Assembly (NCBI GenBank): GCA_946965045.2
Contig: OX337237.1
Span: forward strand, 2,232,001 to 2,296,000
Source of the DNA: Epithemia pelagica
Taxonomy: Eukaryota > Protista > Bacillariophyta
Length of the DNA stretch: 64,000 nt
Direction: 5' to 3'
Below, one piece after another: positions 38,217 through 49,700 of this stretch; the stretch's first letter is position 1, and each line of letters starts with the position of its first letter. A program made the translations under genes and the position numbers. The notes beneath the pieces are model-generated. The model saw nothing but the letters and a program-made list of their open reading frames with translations. It was not told the origin of the DNA and searched no databases.

Positions 38217-40075
38217 ATGAGACTCTTTCGTCCTCAGGGAAATCGAATACGGAGTCAGTTCGCATTCCTTCCTCCCATGGAATGGACCGGGCTGTATTCT
38301 CTCTGGATATGTTTCGCACTGTGGGGAACAAGAACGGTAACTGAGGCAGTCCAAGTTCTTCCTCGAGGTTGCGGTGGTTCCATTCACCATGTGCGCATTG
38401 CTGTGGGACCCGATCCTTCCACTTCCATGATTGTCAGTTTTGCCAGTATCTCCAGTCGTTTCGTAAAAGGAACCATTTCCCCCGTGGGAGGAGTCCGTCT
38501 GGGAATCTCTTCCGACGAATTGTCGACTGTGTATATGGAGGAGGACAAGGGCGGTCTTTCAGCCCGTTGCTACAACGTCACCACCTTGAAACGCGGATTG
38601 AGCAACGATGAAAGTAACCGTACTTCGACCGTGTATTGGTCTCCTTTTTACCACCATGTTCTGATTACCGGACTTGAGCCTTCAACTAAGTATTACTATC
38701 AGCCCGTCTTCCAAGCCAATCGAGAAGAATTTCAGAGAATCTACGGGTCAAGCCTTGCTTTGAACAGTCTCCGTAACACCGACGGCACAATTCAAGGAGA
38801 AACGAAACGACCGGTACCCTCGAAATACTCTCCTGCAAAGAATGGAACCATAGAAAAAGAGGGCTTCCGTGGTCGCACTCTTCGGCGTCAATTGCTTCGT
38901 TGGGGTCCGTACGATGGATCTGCAAGTGCATGTCCGTCAAAGGAGAAGATCCGTTCCTTTCAAACAGCCCCCTCTCCTTCTTCCTCGGTTTCAGCAACAT
39001 TTGCAGTACTGGGTGATTTGGGCCAATTTCCTCATTCCCAACTAACCATGGAGGGCGTGCTGCATTGGAAAGAAGACATTGATGCCGCCATTTTGGCTGG
39101 TGATATTGCCTACACCGGAGAGGACCACCGACGATGGGATACATTTTTGGACTTTCTGGACGATTACATGGCCTTTGAAGCTATACCAGTATGTTTTGTT
39201 CTTCTCATATTTTACCCGGCTGTGAACCATGTGCCGCTTCAACATGGTAAGTCTCACTCTTCCCGTTTTTCTCTTTCCAGCTCCAGATCTGTCCAGGAAA
39301 TCATGATATTGACAAGTACGAAACGTCCGATCAAATTTTCTTGGCGTACGAGACACGATTTCGTATGCCTCATGTGAAGCCTCCGCAACTGGGCACTTAT
39401 CAAGGTCCCGAGGGAAGACTCAACATGGAACAGCCTCCATACCCGCTGCCCTATGAGTACGGAAACTCATACTACTCCTGGAAATATGCTAGTGCTCACT
39501 TTATTATGGTTAATGCATACGCTTCCATGGATCCAGGATCCCAGCAACGGCATTTCATCGAAACTGAACTTCAACGTGTGAATCGCAACGTTACACCGTG
39601 GGTGATTGTCGTGATCCACACACCCCTTTATAACACTTTTGGTTTGCATCTGAAGGATCCACAAATTCTCGCGGCAAAGGAACATTTGGAACCACTGTTT
39701 GTCCAATATCGTGTCAATATTGTCTTTTCGGGTCATATTCATGCGTACTCTCGATCGCATGGCGTGACTTTCGACAAGCTTGATCCCAAGGGTCCAGTTC
39801 ACATCACTGTTGGTGCCGGTGGTCGAAAATGTGAAGCCCCCTTCCGAAATCGTACTGCCGAAGAATGGGTGGCTGTGCGCGATGCCACCATGTACGGCTT
39901 TGGCATGTTGCGAATTCACAACTCTACCATTGCCGAATGGGATTGGATTCACACGTCGGCCACGGACGATGATCGAAAGTACAATCAAGTCTCTGGGGCT
40001 CCGGAAGAGCATTTGGATCCGGGACGGCCAGATCATGTGTACATTGTCAACCAGTATTTTTTGCAACACGAGTGA
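38217..40075 (+). CDS. Purple acid phosphatase, copy 1; intron 39189-39280
   Basis: All five metal-ligand blocks are present: GDLG, GDIAY, GNHD (restored by splicing IP|LQICPGNHD), VVIH, GHIH. FN3-like N-domain and signal-like MEWTGLYSLWICFALWG. Confidence 0.92.
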
Positions 40076-40341
40076 ATATTCCCGCATGCTGCACGCCCTT
40101 TTTTCAGAACAAGTGAACAAACTTTTCAACGGCCATGAAGGGCTCATTAATCAAACTGTTGTATTCTGATTTGTCAAATCGACCATTCTGTCGAAACGAA
40201 ACCACAAGATAGTGGAATTATGCTCGAAGTAACGCTATTAAAGTCCCTCTTAGTACATTTACGCGTATGCGACTGGTTTATGAAGACTTCCGGTCTTCCG
40301 ACTTCCGATCGACAAACAACGGTCGAAAATTCGACTCCACT

Positions 40342-41246
40342 TCAGGAAGTTTTTACAACTGGTACTTCCGTGGTCTGCACAACGGGAAATTCGGATGCAG
40401 TTGAGAGGTCATTGTGACTGCTTGACGTTTTCGGGACATTCAGGTGCTTCTTAGCCTGCTGGTAGCGTTGCTTGGCTTCTTCCATTGCTACCATGGCTTG
40501 TTCCAACGATCCAGCGGTATTCTTCTCCTTCTCGTGTTCACGACTCTTCTTGCTACTGTGGTGGTGGCTGTGATGATGAGAATCACCGTCGTCGTGTTTC
40601 TTTTTGTGATGGCGGTGAGAGTGCTGTTCACCGTCTCGCTTATGGTGGCTGTCTTTATGATGTGATCGTTTCTCAGTACTACTTTTCGCTTCATGAAGTT
40701 CACCACTTCCATCATCGTCCAAACTTTCACTGACATCACGGCCGCCTTTTGACGTCTCATCCTTGGATATTTTGCTCGTTTTTGCAGCCCGCATACTTCG
40801 TTCGCTGTGTTGTCGATGTCCTCGGAGACTTCTCGTGCTCTGACTTCGATGATGTCTCATAAGTCTGAAACTGCTTTGACGAGGAAGACTAATGCCACCA
40901 TTCTGCGATGAGTTCTTGTCATGGCGGCTGGAACTAGCCTTGCTGTCATCGTCATCGTCTTTTCCGCCACCGAGGCTTTGGCTGCTATTCTGACGGGTCA
41001 AAAATGCACGTGTCTGTCGAAGATTAAGAGGTTTGCTGTTGTCTTCTTCACCGCCTCCTCCCCCACCGAGACTTTGACTGCTATTTTGACGTTTCAAAGA
41101 CGCACGTGTATGTCGACGATTTGTATGGTTGTCGTTACTGTCTCCGCCGCTACCAAGGTTGTGACAACTATTTTGACGGTTTAACATTGTGACCCCGTCA
41201 ACAAGGCGACCGCGTGCACGTCGTCGTGGATGCTGACTCTGTCTGG
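40342..41246 (-). pseudogene. 5'-truncated copy of the Ser/Arg/His-rich gene, fused in frame to retrotransposon RT
   Basis: Near-identical to the last ~300 codons of ORF 55481..57880. Identity stops at 41246, beyond which the same ORF continues into RT sequence. Confidence 0.85.
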
Positions 41247-42705
41247 TTGTTTTTCGTTTATCCAACAATTCTTGGACTTGTTTTGTCCAGCCGACCTTCT
41301 TCTCATACGGGAGGCGAAGAAGGAGTCGTCTGGTGTCAATGGTCCAGCCGAGAACACGTTGTTCTTCGACTGGGGCGCCCTCTGCTTTCAGTTTGTCATC
41401 TTCTAGCATTGCTTTGCGGGTGATGGGTTCGTCGTCGGCGAGAGGTCGAGTCATAAGATGGACAATCAACGGAACGATGCATGGGCAGCGATGAATGTTC
41501 TCTTCAGTGGCCAGGAACAGTTGGATCATGTCATCTAAATAACAGTCATGAAATCCGTGGGGATGAGGAGGAACCATGACGGCTAGTTCTTGTGCTTGTG
41601 CAATGGGAATGTCTTCGGATAGGAATTGGGGCGGGCCAATGCCTGACTGAAGTGGGGAGACACAACAATCAGGCGTCCATTCTTGGAGATCGGCAAGATC
41701 ATTGCAAAGATCTGTCCCGATTTCGGAAACGACGGAAAACTCGGCGGGGTTGGCGGAGGCTCCGAAAGTCAGTCGAAGGTTCAGATGGGCGAACAAGTTT
41801 GACGGGTCGATGGTGATATTCCTGGCGGCCACTTCGCCGTCGCCATGGATGCGACGATAGGCCGATGCCCAATCGAATTTACTCAACAAAATCTTCTCGG
41901 TGGGGTGGTGCCAGCGTAATACAACAATTTGATGAATGATGCGATCAATGCAATGGCCCATCACGAGGTCAATTAGCTGTTCCTGATCGATGAGGTCGTT
42001 TGTGGAGGGACAGAAACCGAGAGAGAAGGATTGGTCATGGGTCAAGCGGTCTTTGGGAATCAGGTCGCCGTGAGCGTCGATTCCCAACTGGTGAGCCACT
42101 CCCATCGGGCTGATACGACTATGTTTGATCGATTTTGCACAGCTAAATGTGATTGGGAGGGAGTAACCACGAGAGGCATCCTTTAGCAAGACTTTGGTCA
42201 GTGCCTCAGGATTCTTCTTTCCTGAGGCATGGTTTCCATACTCAAGGATTGCGTCGTTCTCAGCTCGCCGTGCGGTCTCATCTTCCACAGCTGTGAGGGG
42301 GTAGGAGACGCCGTGAGAGATAATGGACTTGAGGCGAGGCCAATAGGGATGGCCTGCCAGTAAGGGCTCCAAGACTCCGGCTGGCCGGAATTCGGATCCT
42401 GGGGAGATGACCGAGTATGGATAGGCGTCAAGGAGACGCTGCATGTCCATATCATATTCATCAATCAACCGTGAGTTGAATTCAGCGTTAGCGACAGCGA
42501 CTTCATCTGGATGAATGTCGTGGCGAAACGGGGAATCGTGTGGTGTATCTTGCTCAGTCTGGGAGATGGCAATGATGACATCCAACGATAGGGGATGGCT
42601 TTCTTGACGGAGTGCCGGAGGGAAGAGTCGGTTCGGGAAGATCTTGGGTACATCGTTCGGGAGGTAGGGCTTGGGATCATCATACTTGGGGAAAGGACGG
42701 GGCAA
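41247..42705 (-). CDS. Reverse transcriptase portion of the chimeric 787-aa ORF (40342..42705)
   Basis: Motif A (FDWASAYR), B (TFGASANP), C (YLDD) and D/E (VLGW) are followed immediately by host-derived RQSQHPRRR. Confidence 0.85.
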
Positions 42706-43371
42706 TAGTCTAAACTCACCTTATAGTTGAACATCCGCGTTTCGAGCATCTTGTAGTCGTTTCACATTCCGGCGGAGAGGGCGTCCCGAGAAGTCAGATC
42801 CTTCAATCGCAGATTCGCTTCCTGGAAGAGAATTCTGGATTTGTGAGGATAGATTTGGGGGAAAATGGTCGGTGGTCTTGGGGGTCGTGTCAAGGGTAAG
42901 GAAACTTGAAGGGCGGAGAGCCGAATCCGAAGGGGCTGGGATCAACGAAAGCGAATCGGAAGGGGATAAAGTCTTGGGGATAACTGGAGAAAGCGAAGCC
43001 GGCTGACTTGCATCAAAAAGTCGAATCTTGTTGAGAGATCCACAGTCCGTTGGAAAACGCACATGTGGAGTCGTCGTCAAAAGATTTGTCTTGGGGAGAA
43101 TTTGTCTATGGATCGCAGCAGCACAAGCATCTGGATGCCGTGTGTGGTTTTGAGATGGTTGATGGGGAAGGAAGGGATTTTCTGTTGAGGGAATGGATGG
43201 GATGTCATGGGATGACGGGGAAGCGAGAGGTGGAAGAAACGATGGAACTATTATCGGAGCAGATGAGTGAACTATGGGGAGACGATGGGAGAAGTCAACG
43301 GGTTGACTGTCGACGTTCGGTGGTCCAGGAAGGGGAGATGTGGAGGAAGTGACAATCAACCCTTCATGGCG

Positions 43372-46182
43372 TCAAGAACTCTCATACGCTGTGCGATAGA
43401 AGTTGTCCATCTCGGTCTTCTTGTTGTGTTTCGCTGGATCGTCGTGACAAAAGCTGCATTTTGTACCCTTCTTGCAAAATCCTTTTGAGAAGAGAATGTT
43501 GCAAAAAGGAACAGTCTTGCCGTCTTTCTCGATTAATGGCATGTTCTCCAAGATATGAGGAGGGAAGATCTTCGGATAGGACTTGTTCTTGGGTAAGCGC
43601 CAATTTGAGGGGGAAGCGAAAGTCGCAGCACTCTTGGGGAGTGAGGATTCCTGATTTTGCTTCTTGTTGGAACTGCTTGGGTCATCAGAGTTGGAAGATC
43701 GTTTCTTATTGCCTTGTTTTTGTTGTTGGGCATAAAATTTTGCTTGTAAGGCCGCAGGTAAGCCGCCTAAGGGAGCACCCAACTTGACATTGAAGATCAG
43801 CCAATTGACACGTTCTTCTAATTCATCGAAGGCAACGTCAGAGAGAGAAGAGGCTGAACTTAAAGATCCAACAAATTCTTGTATGGCTTCGTCGAGACCG
43901 AAAAGCATCTGACCGTAAAGGAATTCGTTGGCGGAACTCAACATTTTGGCCATGATTTTCGTACGATTGCCATGGAAAAAGTTCAAAAACTTGAGGATTT
44001 GATTGCATATCATGGAGGTGGGACCGCAAAGGCCTTTGGCGCAGGCCCAATACGAACGCAATTGTTTCTCAAACTCGTCTTCGGTACGTGGAAAGAACAG
44101 GTTGTGGTCCGAATAGAGTTGTTGCATATCTTTACTCTGTTTCATCTCGTTGAGATGACAGAGAGAGGCGTCGTGAATTTGTTGTCGTATATTCTTGTCT
44201 AACGTGTGTGAAGAGTCAATCCCTGGAATCGCGTACGGATCAAAAGAGAAAGGGCTGAAGCCTCCGGGAGAGGCTTCAGATCGCCAGCGCAAACCAAGGC
44301 GTTGGATCACCGTGCATTGGCCGAGAAGAATCGTGCACACGTTGTCCATGGGGTCGAAAACTTCTGCGACAAAAGACTCGAAAAAGGTTGCCGAGTTTTT
44401 CGATTTCCAAACTTTCTTCACAACATCTGGGAGATCGGTGGGAAGAGAGGTGAAAGATCTGTCAATAACTCCCAAGCGAAGTTGTTTTTGGGCTATCTGT
44501 GGCATATCTCGGAACATACTTTTTGATTCGGGTGAAGTAATGTCGTCTTCGTTCGAAATCTTCTTCTGGGAACCAACTTCACGGAGGCATTTCGAAATTA
44601 GAAACATCTCTGGGGAAACAAAATGCTCGATGCCTTCATCGTCAATCATACGAACACCATTGGTGGGACGAGGTGGGTCGTTTGAAGATGGAAAGGAACA
44701 ATCAACCTGGGGCGGAGAAGTTTCTTGAGGAGGGGTGGTTGTAGTTTCACTTGGATTGGGTGACGAGTCGGGGGACGGAATTATTTCGGGAAAGACTCGG
44801 TGGCGATGATCCAACAATGTTATGAATGCAGATTCGGTGTCCTTTGGGATGTTGGGAATGACGATGCGAGAAAGTTCAACTTGAGAGCGAGTGGTCATGA
44901 CCCAAAGAAAGCGAAACATGTGTTCAAGTGCAGAAAGAAAAGGAAAATCAATCTGCATGCCTTTGAGTTTCGTCTCCAGCGGCATATCGGGCGAGTGGGA
45001 CCACCAGTGCTTGAGGGTCAACTCATACAAGTTGGCAGCGATGTCTTCAAACGAAAAGGAAGAGTCAACTCGGGCTGGATTCATGTACTTGATCATCATT
45101 CCGGCAAAGGCAGGAGGAATGAGACAAAGGTTGGAGTAAGTGAATCGGTCTGATTCTTTGGCTTCAGAGGAGGGAACGGGGTTCATCTTCTTGAACTGAC
45201 TCCCATCGAAAAAGAAGCATGGGGTCGAATCTTTGCCTGGAGGCAAGTCAAGTTTTCCAACACATTCTTCGAGGATTGCCGAGAAGGATGGGACGTGCTT
45301 CAGGGTCTCTTCTTGGAGGAGAGATGAGATATCGTCGACGTCAATCTGGATGGGAGGCGCATCAAAGGAGGGACGATCAAGAGCGAAGAATTCGATCGAC
45401 GGGTTCACCAAAGTACCACAATCCACTGGACAACAAAGATTATGGAAAATCATGGGACGGCCGGAACGAGAGGATCCAAGAAAGGCCAACGAATTGGTCT
45501 TGATCTTAGCAGAGATCCAAACATGAAGTTCTTCAGGAGTCGATAGGCGGATGAAACTTGCTTGGAGCTGTGTCCAAAGGGAAAGGTCGCGAGCAAGAGA
45601 GATGTGAAAAGGAGTCACAAAGGAATCACACCAATCAACCGGGGCAATCGTTGCAACATTGTCTAATGCCTTGGGGAGAGTCTTGGCCGAAATCAGATGG
45701 AAGTCGTCAGCGAAGTAAAGTTCGAAACGACGAGCGACTTCAATATCGGACTTGGACAGAATGGAAGAAGGAGAGGAGCGATTCGAAGCGGTAGCTGTCG
45801 AAGGACTCTTGTCTCCTCCACCGCCAACAAGAGAAGAGAGAACGCCATCATTCGATTTGGCTGTACCACCCGTGGGGGAAGGAGGAGGCGGAGGAGGCGT
45901 ATCGTCAGAGACAGAGATCTTGGACTTGATCTGGTCGATCTTCTTCTTCTTGGCTTGGGAAGCGGCAACGAGAATCTCCTGGAGTTCAGAGTCCGAGAGG
46001 GCACTGTAATCCACATCCTCAAACAATCCACCATCAGACTTCGAGGCAAAGGCGGAGGGTTTCTGGTCCTGCGAATCATCGGGCTGAGAAACGACGGGCG
46101 GCGAACCTCCAGAGGCGGCAGACGAAAGGGGGATCGTCGGCGACTCCGTGTCGAAGAAAGGAACAGAATCCTTAAAGGTCAT
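43372..46182 (-). CDS. Retroelement ORF1 (gag-like) with C-terminal C-x8-C-x5-C-x3-H zinc finger
   Basis: 936-aa ORF containing CNILFSKGFCKKGTKCSFCH, directly upstream of and in frame with the RT. Confidence 0.7.
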   Translation of the reverse strand: MTFKDSVPFFDTESPTIPLSSAASGGSPPVVSQPDDSQDQKPSAFASKSDGGLFEDVDYSALSDSELQEILVAASQAKKKKIDQIKSKISVSDDTPPPPPPSPTGGTAKSNDGVLSSLVGGGGDKSPSTATASNRSSPSSILSKSDIEVARRFELYFADDFHLISAKTLPKALDNVATIAPVDWCDSFVTPFHISLARDLSLWTQLQASFIRLSTPEELHVWISAKIKTNSLAFLGSSRSGRPMIFHNLCCPVDCGTLVNPSIEFFALDRPSFDAPPIQIDVDDISSLLQEETLKHVPSFSAILEECVGKLDLPPGKDSTPCFFFDGSQFKKMNPVPSSEAKESDRFTYSNLCLIPPAFAGMMIKYMNPARVDSSFSFEDIAANLYELTLKHWWSHSPDMPLETKLKGMQIDFPFLSALEHMFRFLWVMTTRSQVELSRIVIPNIPKDTESAFITLLDHRHRVFPEIIPSPDSSPNPSETTTTPPQETSPPQVDCSFPSSNDPPRPTNGVRMIDDEGIEHFVSPEMFLISKCLREVGSQKKISNEDDITSPESKSMFRDMPQIAQKQLRLGVIDRSFTSLPTDLPDVVKKVWKSKNSATFFESFVAEVFDPMDNVCTILLGQCTVIQRLGLRWRSEASPGGFSPFSFDPYAIPGIDSSHTLDKNIRQQIHDASLCHLNEMKQSKDMQQLYSDHNLFFPRTEDEFEKQLRSYWACAKGLCGPTSMICNQILKFLNFFHGNRTKIMAKMLSSANEFLYGQMLFGLDEAIQEFVGSLSSASSLSDVAFDELEERVNWLIFNVKLGAPLGGLPAALQAKFYAQQQKQGNKKRSSNSDDPSSSNKKQNQESSLPKSAATFASPSNWRLPKNKSYPKIFPPHILENMPLIEKDGKTVPFCNILFSKGFCKKGTKCSFCHDDPAKHNKKTEMDNFYRTAYESS

Positions 46183-46459
46183 GATGAAAAGGCAAAGGTA
46201 GAGGCTGAAAGCAAAGTAAACTAGCTAAGATCGTTGCGATCGTCTTGAACTCGTCTTTAGGCCTGCAAGAATGCTGGAATCCAGAAGAGTGAGCTCTTCT
46301 CAAAACATCGGCACCTTTGCATTCGGTCATTCGAATCGTAGAGTCCGAGGGATCAAAATCGGATGCTCGCCTCGCGACGAGGCGGTGCAGTCGCACCTCG
46401 AATGTCAGTCGCCGAAGTCTGTCCAGCATCGGCCACGTCACTCCACATCAGTACAGACA

Positions 46460-46622
46460 TGCTAAAAGTTCGCTTATCAGAAAAATTATACACTCGTTAT
46501 ATGAAATCTACCCTGATCCACAGGTGGGAGTCTTACACAGCTCCTACCAAAAGCGGCCACATAGCCGGGGTAGTTTCGACACATTTGTCATGCATTGCCA
46601 AATATCGGCCACAATTTCAACA
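46460..46622 (-). repeat. 3' LTR of Copia
   Basis: tgctaaaag...tttcaaca, direct repeat of 53012-53174. Confidence 0.95.
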
Positions 46623-46763
46623 CTCCTCTCAAATCAACCTTGCCGTTGCAATGTTGAGTTGTATCCGCATTGTGGTCTTGTTCATTCCTAGGTGGTTCAC
46701 TCCATGGCTACATCCACCTCCATCCAACCAAGTGGTTCCGTTCATCCGTACTCCACTTATCAA

Positions 46764-49700
46764 TCATTCTGTACCAAAGATGTGATGGAGCAAATTTCGA
46801 ACGAAGCCTCGTCTCTTCTCCCCATTTGGTAAAACCTTCGTCAATAGGTCGGCTTCATTGTCATGAGTATTGATGTAGGTCGTTCTCCATTCATCCCTTG
46901 CCACTCCTTCTCGTACAAAATGATATGCAATGGACTGACTCTTCTTCTTCAGAGCTGAGTCCGGTATTGTTGTGTTCGCCAACACTGACTGATTGTCACC
47001 ATAGATGAGGCTTGGACCGTCGCACGGTATTCCAAGCATTCTCAACTTGTATCGTAGTCCTCGTAGATACTCGCAGCATTGTTTCATCGCTATAAACTCT
47101 GATCCAAAAGATGAGGACTCGATAGACATTTGTTTCTTGCTCCACCAATATACCAGTGCCGAATTTAGATAAACTAGGAACCCTGTTCGAGATCGTCTAG
47201 AAACGGTGTCAGAGGCATGATCAGCATCAACCTTGGCACGGACGACGAATCCCATTCCTCGTGGCTCTGGCATATTGGGAGGGAGCTCTTCCTTGCCATC
47301 GATATGGCCAAACTCTGAAGCCGTCCAATCCTTTTGCTCGAAATCGGCTTCATTCACAATGGGGTCGCTTGGATCGTACACGAGCTCCGCATTGTGGAAC
47401 TTCTTGAGGTATGCAAATACCTGCAAGACTTGTTGCATGTGTCCTTCCCTCGGTAGAGCAAGATGGGAGGACAAGACAGATACCTCCAGGCAAATGTCAA
47501 CCCTACCCAATTCCACGATCCACCTCAGGACACCGATGAGGGACTGGTAGTAGGAGGCATCCGATGGCGTTAACTCCGGGGAGACATCGAGTTCTGCCCG
47601 ATAACTTGTTTTCATCGGTGTATCTGCCTTGCTTGGCAGCGTCCATTTCTTATTTTCCCCTTTTACCAGGTGGTCCTCCACATTCCTTACAGCGGCTTGC
47701 ACATACTGTGAAGAGCTGAAGGCCCATGCCTCTACTCCATTCTCAAGCACGACCTTGCGTACTTTTCCACCAAGGTATATACTCGGAGGACCAACCGACT
47801 CCTCTTTCAACTCAAAATATCTACCAATCTCCTCACGTAGTATTTTCTCAGCCCTCTCGCCAATCGCCAGGGCATCGTCAACGTAGAGTAGAACATACTC
47901 GTAGTAGGGTGTGCCGTCGGACTTCTCCGCTGGTCGCATCCACACATCCGGATCCGCCGGACAGGATTGAAAACCAAGATGGCTCATGCAAGATCTCAGA
48001 TGATTTCTAAAGTCCTTGCCAGCGGTTTTCCCTCCATAGAGTGCCCGATGCACAAGCGCAACCTTGCCCACGTTTTCTATCCCAAACTCAGGGCCACATA
48101 TAATGTAGTCCCTCCTTGACGATGGCGCCTGCAGATAAGCATTTCGAATGTCTGCGGCGAATACATCCAGTCCGTTTAAGGCGGCGTACGTGAACGCTAT
48201 CCGCACGCTCTCTCTGGATACTACACCGGCGAAGGTCGACCCCTCAGGGTCCGGTGTCTTGTGTCCATCAAGGACCCACCTGGCCTTCCTCGTGAAATCC
48301 ATCTTCACGTCCCAGACCAGGTGTCCGGTTACCAGATGCCAACCATTTGGCGCCTTCTCTCCTGCGTCCAAGATCTCAAAGGCAATTCCGACATTATACA
48401 TCTCTTTTGCCAGAGCCTTCATCCAGAAATCATTTCCGTTCTTCTTGTCGAGTTCCTTCGCATGCTCAACACTTGTGGGTATTTCTATCCCATACTTGTG
48501 CCTTATCTGTCGGGCACGTGTCTTCAACGCCGATATGATGGCATCCCTCCTCCTTAGTGTCGACTTGGCCCACCAAAGAAAGGCTGGCTCATCATCCAAT
48601 CCGCGTGCCACCGCAAACTCGGCCGTTTCAACGGGGTATGACTCCTTCATGTCTGCCAATCGTTGCCAAGATTCGGATTCATCCTTCCACTTGACTAGCA
48701 GCCACCATCCTCTGGTGGTCTTTCTCATTCTCCGTCTGCCGCGTCTGTCGTAGACGTATTTGTCATGTTTCGGGACGGCCAGGGCTTCATCCTTCCTCCA
48801 GTCGACTATTCCTTCCATCAGTCGCAAATGGTTTCCATCGGTGTCGACCTCGGCCAACATGCCCTCAGCAATGACGTTGGCAGCATATTCCCTTACTTGT
48901 CCATCCATGAACTCAACCTCGTATAGAATGGAATTGCTGTATGGATCGTCGTGATACTTGCCAGTTGTTTTCCCATCAGCACCAAGGGCTCTCCTCTTAA
49001 CCACTCCCTTACTGATGTCGTCGCCAATTTGCATTTGGACTTCGGCGTTGATCATTCGGTCATAGGCAGGACATTGGTTCAGGAGCTTGCCCGTGCTGTT
49101 GACGGTGTCTTCTATGTCCGGAGTTGTAAATTGAGGTTGTTCATCGTCCTCATACGGATCATAAAATTTGTCGTCGTCGTTGGAAGGAGGTGGTTGTATG
49201 GAGGTGCCATGCCTCCTCTCGATCAAAGCTGTGAAAGCTTCACGCTTGGATCGTTCGCTGGCACTGTGCAACTCGGCAGTGTGTAGGGGTCGGACAGACC
49301 GACGTGGGACAACGTTGCCATTTGCTTTGAGCACCCACTGTGCCATGGCGTTGCCCTCCCCTCGGGCAGGTCCCAAAACCCTCCCCAAGACTTCCTGGTT
49401 GTGGGGAAATTTGGCTGTGTGTTCTCGGAAATAACACCATTCATACCACGCAAATTGCCCAATGCTAGAAATGTCTCCATCGACGCCCAAGGTTGCAGTG
49501 TGTGGGTTCGTCCCACGGACTGTGATGTAGTCACGAGCAGTGAGGTTATAAATCCTCACTCTCCTCTCCAGACAAAAATCCCAAAACACAAGGGGTGAAT
49601 TGGTTTCTCGCATATCCTTGCGAACGGCCTCTTTGGTCAGCTTGATATACAGCTCGGCCTTGTTCGCCCACGGTGTCCCTTCCTCGAGAGCACGGAGAGT

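Larger units (their letters stand above)
37656..41246 (+). repeat. Segmental direct repeat, copy 1 (PAP plus 3' part of low-complexity gene)
   Basis: Matches 53180-56385 with constant offset 15139 from ~38161 to 41246. The upstream part 37656-37788 matches 53180-53302. Scattered substitutions, a 10-bp indel and a 375-bp indel distinguish the copies. Confidence 0.95.
41247..46459 (-). mobile_element. 3'-truncated tyrosine-recombinase-type (Ngaro/DIRS-like) retrotransposon: ORF1, Pro/Ser-rich ORF and RT; RNase H and YR missing
   Basis: RT motifs KDRLTHDQSF, SKFDWASAYRRIH, LRLTFGASANP, YLDD and VLGWTIDT. The upstream 936-aa ORF1 ends in a CCCH finger. Family assignment is from motif style, because the YR itself is absent. 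Confidence 0.7.

Noticed and set aside
39246-39280. Second GTAAGT donor inside the PAP intron
   Set aside because: It would give an intron of about 34 nt and insert junk residues before GNHD; the upstream GTATGT donor restores the motif cleanly.
39467-40147. 226-aa antisense ORF over PAP (also 54606..55286), and other long antisense ORFs such as 45697..46224 and 47233..48753
   Set aside because: Shadows of well-supported genes on the opposite strand, with no independent motifs.
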